NCBI GenBank assembly: GCA_965279515.1
Contig: CBDIID010000003.1
Coordinates: 1,280,001 to 1,344,000, forward strand
Source of the DNA: Turneriella sp.
Lineage (GTDB): Bacteria; Spirochaetota; Leptospiria; Turneriellales; Turneriellaceae
Length of the DNA: 64,000 nt
Direction: 5' to 3'
In this document: piece by piece, positions 18,307 through 26,566 of the stretch
How positions within the stretch are numbered: position 1 is the first letter of the stretch
Layout of the letters: the number at the start of each line of letters is the position of its first letter
Program-made: the position numbers and the translations under genes
The notes under the pieces: generated by a model
Databases searched by the model: none
What the model saw: only the letters and a program-made list of their open reading frames with translations
What the model was told of the DNA's origin: nothing

Positions 18307-20127
18307 ATGGCTAAGAAAAAAGTAGATAAAGAAGATGTAGCGGATGCTGCGACCGAAGCTGTCACAAGCTTGGTGGCACGACCAAGGCTACATAAGTTGA
18401 CTGTGAGAAATTTTCGAGCAATCGGTGTCACACCAGTCACAGTGGAACTTGATGACGTTGTAGTGCTCGTGGGGCCCAACAACTCCGGGAAAAGCTCCAT
18501 CCTCCGGGCATACCAAGTAGTAATGCAGCATGGTTCCAAAGAGGGGGATTTGAGCCAGGAAGATTTTCCCAATGCATTTATTGATGAGCATAATCCTGTC
18601 GAGATTGAGCTTGAGACAGTAGTTTATGACGAGAAGGCGCCAGGCGAAAAGTGGCTCAGGAAAGATGCCGCTACTGGTGACATGTTTGTCAGGGAAAAGT
18701 GGACTTGGACTCAGCCCGGAAAACCAAAGAAAGTTGGCTGGGACGTAGCCGCCGGGGACTGGCATGACAAGGAGGGGCCATGGGGGGCTGCGGGTGTTGC
18801 ACAGGCCGGGCGCCCTGAACCACATAGAATCGAAGCGTTCGACTCCCCGGAAAAGCAGGCCACCGAGGTTGTGAAACTCCTGAAGGAGGTGTTAAACGAG
18901 AGGATCAAGAGCATCCGGCAGCAGCCCGAAGAGGCTGCGGAAGGTGAGGAAATAAAACCAAACGATTATCAGAAACTGTTGAAGTCAGTTTCTGAATTTC
19001 AGAAGCAAGTCGTTAAAGATGCTAATGAACAAATCAGCAACGTAGAAACCGAGATGAACAAACTGATCGGACAAGTATTTCCGGGTCAAGTAGTACGTTT
19101 CGACGCTCGCCCCGAAGAGGATCTCGATAGCTGTCTGAACTTCTTCAAAGATACACCCCAGCTCCTCATGGGGCCAGCGGGAGGATATCAACCATCCGTT
19201 GAAAAACAAGGAAGCGGAGCCCGGCGTACGTTGCTGTGGGCGGCGCTAAGATTGATCAAAGAACAGACGAGAGTGAAAAAAGAAGCGAATAGTTCCCGCC
19301 CACACATCCTTCTAATTGATGAACCAGAGCTGTGCCTTCATCCCAACGCGGTGCGTGAAGCCTGCCGTGTGCTTTACGACCTTCCAAAATCCGGCAACTG
19401 GCAGGTGATGGTCACAACCCACTCACCAGTCTTCATTGATTTCTGGCGGGATAACACTTCTATTGCGCGCGTGGAAAGGCTGCCAAATGGCACTGCCAGC
19501 GGAACAACGATCTACCGACCAAAAAAAGCTCAGCTTGATGACAATGATAAGGCCTGTCTCAAGCTGCTTAATCTTTGCGATCCCTACGTTGCCGAATTCT
19601 TCTTCGGCGGCAGGACGGTGCTAGTCGAAGGTGACACGGAATACACCGCCTTTACATTCGTGATGCAACAGGAGCCAAACCGCTTTAAAGACGTGCATGT
19701 TGTTCGCGCAAGGGGTAAGGCAACCGTTGTTTCACTCTGCAAGATCTTGAACCAGTTTGGCGCCCCGTACGCTGTGTTACATGATAGCGACAAACCCAAA
19801 GCGATGCGCGAGGGGAAAGAGATTGTCAATCCAGCGTGGACTCAGAACCAGAAGATTCTAGATCAGGTCAGTGACAAACTTGCTACAAAGCATGTCCGCC
19901 TCGTGGCATCTCTGGTGAGCTTCGAGCCTGCTTATTTTGGCATGGATGTATCTAGCGAGAAACCAGCTACAGCTTGGGAACACTTGAAAAGCAACGCAGA
20001 ACCCTGCAAGAAAATAGCGGCGTTGCTTGATGCACTGACTGATTTCAGCAAACCGTTGCCAAAAGGCGCTGTCGAATGGAATAACTTAGAAGCATTGAAA
20101 AAACATGTCGAAGAAGTTACGATATGA
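18307..20127 (+). CDS. OLD-family ATP-dependent nuclease (ABC ATPase + TOPRIM)
   Basis: Walker A GPNNSGKS, signature QGSGARR, Walker B LLIDEPELCLHP, H-loop TTHSP, TOPRIM LVEGDTE and HDSD; RBS gggag upstream. Confidence 0.9.
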   Translation: MAKKKVDKEDVADAATEAVTSLVARPRLHKLTVRNFRAIGVTPVTVELDDVVVLVGPNNSGKSSILRAYQVVMQHGSKEGDLSQEDFPNAFIDEHNPVEIELETVVYDEKAPGEKWLRKDAATGDMFVREKWTWTQPGKPKKVGWDVAAGDWHDKEGPWGAAGVAQAGRPEPHRIEAFDSPEKQATEVVKLLKEVLNERIKSIRQQPEEAAEGEEIKPNDYQKLLKSVSEFQKQVVKDANEQISNVETEMNKLIGQVFPGQVVRFDARPEEDLDSCLNFFKDTPQLLMGPAGGYQPSVEKQGSGARRTLLWAALRLIKEQTRVKKEANSSRPHILLIDEPELCLHPNAVREACRVLYDLPKSGNWQVMVTTHSPVFIDFWRDNTSIARVERLPNGTASGTTIYRPKKAQLDDNDKACLKLLNLCDPYVAEFFFGGRTVLVEGDTEYTAFTFVMQQEPNRFKDVHVVRARGKATVVSLCKILNQFGAPYAVLHDSDKPKAMREGKEIVNPAWTQNQKILDQVSDKLATKHVRLVASLVSFEPAYFGMDVSSEKPATAWEHLKSNAEPCKKIAALLDALTDFSKPLPKGAVEWNNLEALKKHVEEVTI

Positions 20128-20239
20128 AGAAAGATAGAGCCTCTCATTGGTGTTGATAGGAATAATTGGCCGCGCCACCATAGATGGTTACAAAGTAATA
20201 AAACGCAATTATTTCAGATAAGCTTGGGTTTATACGTTG

Positions 20240-21775
20240 TCACATTGACTTGCTCCATTTTGAAAGCACCACCTCAAACGGTTCACTCAGGCCAAGTTTG
20301 CCAATGTAGTGTTGTTTTTCATCCCTTGGGAGCCCGCTGATAGCGAACAGGAAGGCATGTCTTGTCCATGAATCCATATTCTGAAAATGCTCTTTTTGCT
20401 CCCTTAGCCAATCAAAGGCCGCGTTTTGGTGTGCCGCGAGAATGATCTCTCGTTTCAGGAAGGGTTCGCTTGTCGCATAGCGGCGCAAAAGCTCAGGGAA
20501 ATGGTTGATTGCTGTATTTCGAGTAAAGAGACTCAAAATTGACAGCCGGAAGTATTCGTTGTTCTTAACTTCATCTGAATCTAGTAGTGCGAGAAGTCGA
20601 GTTCCTACTGACTTCCATTTTGATGAATCGATGGATTGAACGGAAGCAAGATAAGTGCAGATTTGAGCAAAACAAGGCCCTAATCGGGATATTTCGTTCA
20701 GAGAAATCTCAATCGCTCCTGGATGGCCGATTTGAGTCAAGCGACGATAGAACCATCTAAGCCGAATATAGTCTACGTCATTTTGGCTAATGTATTCTGT
20801 TATAATCTTGGTAATAAGATCTTCTGTAATAGATTGCCAATCAGAAGGACTAATATTGCCGTAGGAAATTGTTTTATACGGATCGCCGCCGGAATAGCGA
20901 TTGATTAATTTTAATATGTTGTCTTCCTCCGAACTGATCGGCCGATCTTCAATCATATCATCACAAAAACCTTCAAATTTAGCGGGTGTGAATTTTTTGG
21001 TCTTATGCCTCTGCAAAGTAAGCCTTTGTTGCTTATCTAATACGGATGCGAAGCTCCCTAGTGCCAGTTTCCCCGCTAATTCCGAATCGCAGAAAATAAT
21101 AATATCATCTGCATAACGTATGAAGTCAAAACCCTGACTTTTTAGACTATTATCGATAGGAATTAACGCCGCTTCTGCAAGAAGATGCATTGCGTGCGGT
21201 CCAATGGGTATGCCTCGGGAAACACTCGCCGTAGTGGATTCGAGAAGCCGAATGAACCATTTTCTAACCTGATTCGGGAAACCGGATGCAATCAATTGAT
21301 TATCTATGACGTGGTGATAAATCTGGTTATAAAAATCGGCTATATCACAATAAAGAATTTGCTTCGCTTGCCTCCCTTTCTTGGCCGCCTCTTCCCAAAA
21401 ATTATTCCAAGCACTATTTGACGCGTAAAGACCATGCAACGGGTCTGGTTGAAAGCGATAACTGAATACAATATCATCTGCCAAACGTCGGTTTTCGATA
21501 CCCTGCCCATACTCATACAAGATGGCAGCGGAAATAATGCTGTCCTGAGGATCGAGCTGGGTTGCTTGTCGATAAGATATTTCATCTTTTGGAACGATGA
21601 AACGTCGACATGAACCTATGTTAAGCCCACTGAGATCTTTACCTACAACTAAATTGCAAAAATCAGCCATTTGATTTTTTATCGCCTCAAATTCTAAAAT
21701 GCGGGGAAATAAATCACCATCGGAATGATCATTGCAAAAGTTTATCGCCCAAATTATTGAGTCTTTAGCCAGCAT
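20240..21775 (-). CDS. Abi/UG-type (defence-associated) reverse transcriptase with alpha-helical C-terminal extension
   Basis: YCDIADFYNQIYHH, GIPIGP, FIRYADDIIIF, LTLQRHKT; no retron NAxxH/VTG motifs; about 230-aa helical C-terminus. Confidence 0.9.
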   Translation of the reverse strand: MLAKDSIIWAINFCNDHSDGDLFPRILEFEAIKNQMADFCNLVVGKDLSGLNIGSCRRFIVPKDEISYRQATQLDPQDSIISAAILYEYGQGIENRRLADDIVFSYRFQPDPLHGLYASNSAWNNFWEEAAKKGRQAKQILYCDIADFYNQIYHHVIDNQLIASGFPNQVRKWFIRLLESTTASVSRGIPIGPHAMHLLAEAALIPIDNSLKSQGFDFIRYADDIIIFCDSELAGKLALGSFASVLDKQQRLTLQRHKTKKFTPAKFEGFCDDMIEDRPISSEEDNILKLINRYSGGDPYKTISYGNISPSDWQSITEDLITKIITEYISQNDVDYIRLRWFYRRLTQIGHPGAIEISLNEISRLGPCFAQICTYLASVQSIDSSKWKSVGTRLLALLDSDEVKNNEYFRLSILSLFTRNTAINHFPELLRRYATSEPFLKREIILAAHQNAAFDWLREQKEHFQNMDSWTRHAFLFAISGLPRDEKQHYIGKLGLSEPFEVVLSKWSKSM

Positions 21776-21960
21776 ATTTCACAGCCCCCCTGTTATTAGA
21801 CACCCTCGGCCACGGATGGCCGAGCTAGCAAAAAAATCAGCGGATTTATTGCAGACAACGTGAAATTTAGCTGACGCTGACGAGGCCTTTGTCATTGATT
21901 CAACTTGCAAGGCCAATGTGGGCCACCAAATGTCCCCGGAGCGCCTCGCAATCTTACCAA
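21776..21960 (-). ncRNA. Putative RT-associated structured ncRNA (ends uncertain, may extend to 22072)
   Basis: Stems at 21905-21913/21943-21951, 21837-21841/21870-21874 and a perfect 8-bp stem at 21805-21824 with a UCCG loop; U7 tract at 21830-21836; directly upstream of the RT start. Confidence 0.6.
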
Positions 21961-22072
21961 AACCAAACCCTAGCTTGCGCCAGCTCAGCAACTTTTGGTG
22001 CCAAATTGTTAGGCTATTCTGCTTAATATGACGAAGTTGCAATGACCGCAGCATATCTTGCAGATTCCTCAA

Positions 22073-23284
22073 CTACGCATCAAGAACAGGGCTTACAGTA
22101 CACGTGCACCCAATATGAGCCGGTAATTTTGGGATCTCTTTTAGTGAAAATTCGCGATTTTGATATTCTCGCGCCAATGGACACTCGACATAGTTTCTAT
22201 AACAATCGATCTTGAATTTCTTAAAATAAGAAGAATCTGTAAAGCCTCGGACGTAGTTATATTGCTCATTAGAGATAGTTTTTACAATTAAGGTGACGAT
22301 CTGATCGACGTATGCCCAATTACTTGCAACTTCTTCAAGATTCGTTATTCCGTAAGACTCCGGTAAGGCCTTCAGCTTGAATATCTCCCTAAATGAAATA
22401 TGATCACCAAGTTTATCTTTGAGATTCGGAAGCTTCATAAGTTCCTCGATTGCCGCATTCTTCCGCTTGTAGAAACCATCACCTTGGCCCGAGATCGTAT
22501 TCAAGTCCTTTAAAGTCAAGATGCTCAAGATTTCTGACATCTCGATTTCGGTACCCCTGACGGCGAGGCCTTTAGCAACCAAATTATCAAAAAGCGCTCT
22601 GTTACGATTGTCCTGCGGTGCAACGCGCACTTTGTCCAGATCGGTTGCAAATCGCATATACCCTTGAATAAGGTCCATACCATAGTCACGAATCAAGGCA
22701 TCGTCCATCGTCATCTGAATTTTTGCTACGTCATAGCTTAGGAGGAAAATTATGTCGATTCCCGGGGGTAATTCGTGAATGCCGATAAGGGCTTTTTCTT
22801 GATACTCAGCAAGCAAGTCTTGCTTATCTTTGCTACCAAGAGAGGGCCATTCCGGGTTACCTGCGATTAGGGACTGCAGGTTTTGATTGAACGTATCGCG
22901 CAATTTTGATAAATAAGCATCCACTTCTACGCAAATGATATTTTTCTCAGCAAAGATTGGCGTGAGATGTCTGTTTTTCATACCCTCGTAAAGTTCCGAA
23001 TTATTTATGATTGAAACAATCTTTTCAGAATCCGCGGCATCAAGGTTCTTCAGCGTAAATTTCCATTCTAATTGAGTCTGTAGCTGATGAGCCCCGTCGT
23101 CCAAAGCTACCGCAATGACCTTTGGAATCCTTTTTTCATCTTCGTAAGATATCTCCGATAATCCAGTCGAAACTTCTATGGTAAATTTTGGTTTTGGGGA
23201 ATTATTCTTTTGTGAGGTTCTTACAGCCATGTAAATGGCAAAAACAACGAAAGCTATTAACAAGATAATCAATAATGCGTTCAT
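22073..23284 (-). CDS. Membrane-anchored hypothetical protein with C-terminal C..P-x-H-x-G-C-x-C motif
   Basis: N-terminal TM; ends ECPLAREYQNREFSLKEIPKLPAHIGCTCTVSPV; RBS AGGAGG upstream. Confidence 0.7.
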   Translation of the reverse strand: MNALLIILLIAFVVFAIYMAVRTSQKNNSPKPKFTIEVSTGLSEISYEDEKRIPKVIAVALDDGAHQLQTQLEWKFTLKNLDAADSEKIVSIINNSELYEGMKNRHLTPIFAEKNIICVEVDAYLSKLRDTFNQNLQSLIAGNPEWPSLGSKDKQDLLAEYQEKALIGIHELPPGIDIIFLLSYDVAKIQMTMDDALIRDYGMDLIQGYMRFATDLDKVRVAPQDNRNRALFDNLVAKGLAVRGTEIEMSEILSILTLKDLNTISGQGDGFYKRKNAAIEELMKLPNLKDKLGDHISFREIFKLKALPESYGITNLEEVASNWAYVDQIVTLIVKTISNEQYNYVRGFTDSSYFKKFKIDCYRNYVECPLAREYQNREFSLKEIPKLPAHIGCTCTVSPVLDA

Positions 23285-23561
23285 GTGTATTCCTCCTTTT
23301 GGCGTAATATGGCGCCAACAGCAATTACGCGAACACGAAGGCTACCCACCAAATAAAGCACTTTTAGTCGTATATCATTTTTTAACATAGACATTTTTGA
23401 AACGCCAATAATCGCAATGGCCTGTTCGGTGCATCTATCAACTTCTGCAGGTCTAAGAGCAGTTCAAGTGGCAATATAGCTAAGACCTCTTGTCTTACGA
23501 TCTTTGGACTCTACGCCACCACTCACCCCCCCATTCTTCTTGACACCGCCACCGCCGCGCC

Positions 23562-24503
23562 ATGCTCTCCGTTATGAAAGCCAGTGCGCCCACGCGTATG
23601 TATGCCAGCCCTACTCTAGATCCCATGTATACCCCCGTCGACCAGGTCGGTGTGGAGGAGCGGGTTGCGCGTTTTAAGACGCGAAGTATTAAGAACGAGG
23701 CGAAACTGGCCGGCATTAAGATGGCGATCAGTATGATCGATCTGACGACGCTTGAGGGTAAAGATAGCCCCGGTAAGGTCATTCAGCTCTGCCAGAAGGC
23801 GCTGCGGCCGTCTGAGATGGCTGGTGTGCCGCAGGTGGCGGCGGTCTGTGTTTTTCCGAATATGATTCATGTCGCGAAGAAGGTGCTGAAGGGTTCGAAG
23901 GTGAAGATCGCCTGCGTTTCGACGGCCTTTCCCGCGGCGCAGATTCCGCTCGATATCAAGATCGATGACGTGCGCCGCTCCGTTGAGCTGGGTGCCGATG
24001 AGATCGACATGGTGATTTCGCGCGGCCAGTTTCTGTCCGGCGAATATAACTATGTCTTCGATGAGATTGCCCAGGTTAAAGAGGCCTGCGGTAAGGCGCG
24101 TCTGAAAGTGATTTTGGAAACCGGCGAGCTCGAGACGCTCGACAATGTGCGCCGTGCGAGTTTTATCGCCATGCGTGCCGGCGCCGATTTTATCAAAACC
24201 TCGACCGGCAAGGTCACAATCAATGCCACCATGCCTGTGACGCTCGTCATGCTCGAGTGCATCCGCGACTACTACGACGACACCGGCATACAGATCGGCA
24301 TGAAACCTGCCGGCGGCATCAAGACCAGCAAAGACGCCCTGCACTACCTCGTCATGGTCAAAGAAACCCTCGGCGACGCCTGGCTCGACCCGTACTGGTT
24401 CCGCTTCGGCGCCTCGTCGGTGCTCAACGACCTGCTCATGCAGTATGCAAAAATGGTTAAGGGCGGCACATACCAGTCGCTCGACTACTTCTCCTTAAGT
24501 TGA
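23562..24503 (+). CDS. deoC: Deoxyribose-phosphate aldolase
   Basis: IDLTTLEG, GADEIDMVI, LKVILETGEL, DFIKTSTGK, KPAGGI, RFGASS; exact start uncertain. Confidence 0.95.
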   Translation: MLSVMKASAPTRMYASPTLDPMYTPVDQVGVEERVARFKTRSIKNEAKLAGIKMAISMIDLTTLEGKDSPGKVIQLCQKALRPSEMAGVPQVAAVCVFPNMIHVAKKVLKGSKVKIACVSTAFPAAQIPLDIKIDDVRRSVELGADEIDMVISRGQFLSGEYNYVFDEIAQVKEACGKARLKVILETGELETLDNVRRASFIAMRAGADFIKTSTGKVTINATMPVTLVMLECIRDYYDDTGIQIGMKPAGGIKTSKDALHYLVMVKETLGDAWLDPYWFRFGASSVLNDLLMQYAKMVKGGTYQSLDYFSLS

Positions 24504-24517
24504 TAAAGTAAGATGCA

Positions 24518-24599
24518 ACCGCAGAGGTCGCAGAGTTACGCAAAGTTGTACAGGTCAGGCGTTTCCTCTTCCTTTGCGCTCCTCCGCGTACTTTGCGGT
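24518..24599. repeat. Intergenic palindromic repeat with tandem CGCAGAG-type units
   Basis: accgcagag-gtcgcagag-ttacgcaaag mirrored by ctttgcgct-cctccgcgta-ctttgcggt. Confidence 0.7.
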
Positions 24600-24610
24600 G
24601 GTTTTTTATA

Positions 24611-25420
24611 ATGCAGCTGGCGATTTTTGCCGGCGCGGGTGAGTTACCTGCCATCGCCGTTGCCACTGCGCGCTCGCGGGGTCTCAATTTTTCCGTCTAT
24701 CATATCAGCGAAGCCGAGTTGGATGCCTCCTTGTCGCGCGATTCGGCGCTTAAGTTGCGCACTATCTCCCTCGGCGCCATCGGCAAAACCTTTGAATACC
24801 TGAAAGAAGATAAGATTACCCACATCGTGCTCCTGGGCAAAATCGAAAAGCAACGCATGATACAAGACGTCACGCGCGATGCGGCCGCCGATAAAATCTA
24901 TAACGCCGCCACCGACCGCCGCGACGATACACTGTTTCTCGAATTCGCCAAAGGCATCACGATGATGGGCATTGAGATCCTCAAACAAAAAGATTTGCTC
25001 GAAGGTTGTTTTCTCACCCCCGGCGTGCATACGCAAAAGAAACCCGAAGGTGAAAAACTGCTCGCCGACATCGAGTTCGGTTATGGCCTCAGCAAAAAGA
25101 TCGGCAGCTTAGATATCGGGCAGACTGCAGTCGTTTTTGAAAAAATGATTTTAGCAGTCGAAGCCATCGAAGGCACCGACGCCGCCATTGCCAGAGCTGG
25201 TGCCATTGCTCAAGGTAAAGGTGGCATTGTGTGCAAGACAGGCAAGGCTTCCCAAGACCCGCGCTTTGATTTGCCCGCGGTGGGCATCCGCACGCTCGAA
25301 ACCATGGCGAAAACCGGTATGCAGGTGCTCGTCATCGAAGCCGCGCAGACGCTCGTGGTGAATCCCACTGCATTCATTCAGCGCGCCGACGAGCTCGGCC
25401 TCATTGTGCTCGCGAAGTAG
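24611..25420 (+). CDS. lpxI: UDP-2,3-diacylglucosamine diphosphatase LpxI family (DUF1009)
   Basis: LAIFAGAGELP, LDIGQTAV, AVEAIEGTDAAI, QDPRFDLPAVG. Confidence 0.9.
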   Translation: MQLAIFAGAGELPAIAVATARSRGLNFSVYHISEAELDASLSRDSALKLRTISLGAIGKTFEYLKEDKITHIVLLGKIEKQRMIQDVTRDAAADKIYNAATDRRDDTLFLEFAKGITMMGIEILKQKDLLEGCFLTPGVHTQKKPEGEKLLADIEFGYGLSKKIGSLDIGQTAVVFEKMILAVEAIEGTDAAIARAGAIAQGKGGIVCKTGKASQDPRFDLPAVGIRTLETMAKTGMQVLVIEAAQTLVVNPTAFIQRADELGLIVLAK

Positions 25421-25423
25421 CGC

Positions 25424-26566
25424 ATGGCGCGCCTGCTGCTCACCGGCTCGCTGTTGCTCTTGGCGGCGCTCGTCTCTACCTGCGAGAAAAAGGCCGAGCC
25501 GCTCTTCAGCAAAGGTGTCGACGCTCTTGTCTTTACCCCGTCGGATTTCCCCGTTCACCCTAAAACCGGCGCCGCCATGCAGGCATCGGCCGACTGCCGC
25601 GACTGCCACAAGACCGTGTATGACAACTGGCTGAAGAGCCGGCACCGCGTCGCGCTCACCAACGAACTCTACCACGAAAGCCATGCGCGCGAACCCTCGC
25701 CGTGGTGTGTGAACTGCCATGCGCCGCTGCGCCTCAGCGGTTCTGAGAAAACACCCTACAAGGGTGAAGAAGGTATTTCATGCCTCGTCTGCCATGCACG
25801 CGAGGGCAAGATCATGACCGGCGCATTGCCTGAAAAAAAGATCGCTCCCCTCGCCCATTCGTACACCATCCGCGGCGAATTTAAAGACGAGCGGCTGTGC
25901 GAAAATTGCCATGAGTTTAACTTTCCCACCGCGGCATCGGCGATGAGCGAGGGCAAAAATTTCCATTATGCCAGCCAGCCGATGCAGTCGACTGTCGAAG
26001 AGTACCGCGCCTCGGGCTATTATGGCCGCGTCACCTGCCAGGGCTGCCACCTGTTTTCGGGTACCGCCGATTCGCACAGCTTTCCCGGCGGGCATGCATT
26101 AGAGCGGCTCAAGAACGACCTGAAGTTGGATATCCACCGCGGCGACGCCGGCCACGTTACGGTGCGGCTCTCTGCCCACGGCATCGGCCATGCTTTCCCA
26201 ACCGGCGATCTCTTTCGCACCGTGCGTGTGCGCCTCATCGACAATACCGGCGGGCACACCGCCGAGCTCGAGCTGCGCCACCACTTTGAACTGATACCGG
26301 TGCCCGACAGGCAACCCGGCGACCCGGTAAAGCGCCGTATTAAAGAAGAAACCCTACCCACGCCGCGACTCGACTATATGTCGCAGCGCGAATATACCAT
26401 CGCCTGGCCGCAAACATCGGCCTCGCTCACCGCCGAACTCTATATGGATTATCTCGCGCAGGCAAATACATTCACAACGCACCTGCCTGCCAGCATCACG
26501 CGGCCGCTGGTCTTCCGGAAAAAATTTCCGTTAAAACTGCGGCCGCACGACGACGCGAAGGGTTAG
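25424..26566 (+). CDS. Pentaheme c-type cytochrome, probable lipoprotein
   Basis: Five CxxCH motifs (CRDCH, CVNCH, CLVCH, CENCH, CQGCH); GHAFPTGD; lipobox-like LVSTC. Confidence 0.88.
   Translation: MARLLLTGSLLLLAALVSTCEKKAEPLFSKGVDALVFTPSDFPVHPKTGAAMQASADCRDCHKTVYDNWLKSRHRVALTNELYHESHAREPSPWCVNCHAPLRLSGSEKTPYKGEEGISCLVCHAREGKIMTGALPEKKIAPLAHSYTIRGEFKDERLCENCHEFNFPTAASAMSEGKNFHYASQPMQSTVEEYRASGYYGRVTCQGCHLFSGTADSHSFPGGHALERLKNDLKLDIHRGDAGHVTVRLSAHGIGHAFPTGDLFRTVRVRLIDNTGGHTAELELRHHFELIPVPDRQPGDPVKRRIKEETLPTPRLDYMSQREYTIAWPQTSASLTAELYMDYLAQANTFTTHLPASITRPLVFRKKFPLKLRPHDDAKG

Larger units (their letters stand above)
10826..23500. mobile_element. Accessory/defence island (boundaries approximate, no integrase seen)
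   Basis: Visibly more AT-rich than the flanks; TA pairs, gene fragments, orphan ORFs, OLD nuclease and RT; ends before deoC. Confidence 0.6.

Noticed and set aside
18307..20127. Gabija system
   Set aside because: No UvrD-like gajB downstream.
20240..21775. Group II intron or DGR reverse transcriptase
   Set aside because: GIPIGP rather than G(T/L)PQG or SQ; no maturase/HNH domain; no domain V/VI; no TR/VR repeat pair or avd gene seen.
21779..22072. 97-aa TTG-start ORF spanning the whole gap between the membrane protein and the RT
   Set aside because: No RBS, no protein-like composition, and it coincides with strong RNA hairpins. Treated as ncRNA/promoter, although ribosome profiling would be needed to exclude a hidden ORF.
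20240..22072. Retron (msr-msd) with the OLD/TOPRIM nuclease as effector
   Set aside because: RT lacks NAxxH and VTG motifs, no long a1/a2 inverted repeat bracketing the region was found, and the OLD gene is on the opposite strand.
10826..23500. Prophage or ICE
   Set aside because: No integrase, structural, replication or conjugation genes; no att direct repeats or tRNA found at the edges.
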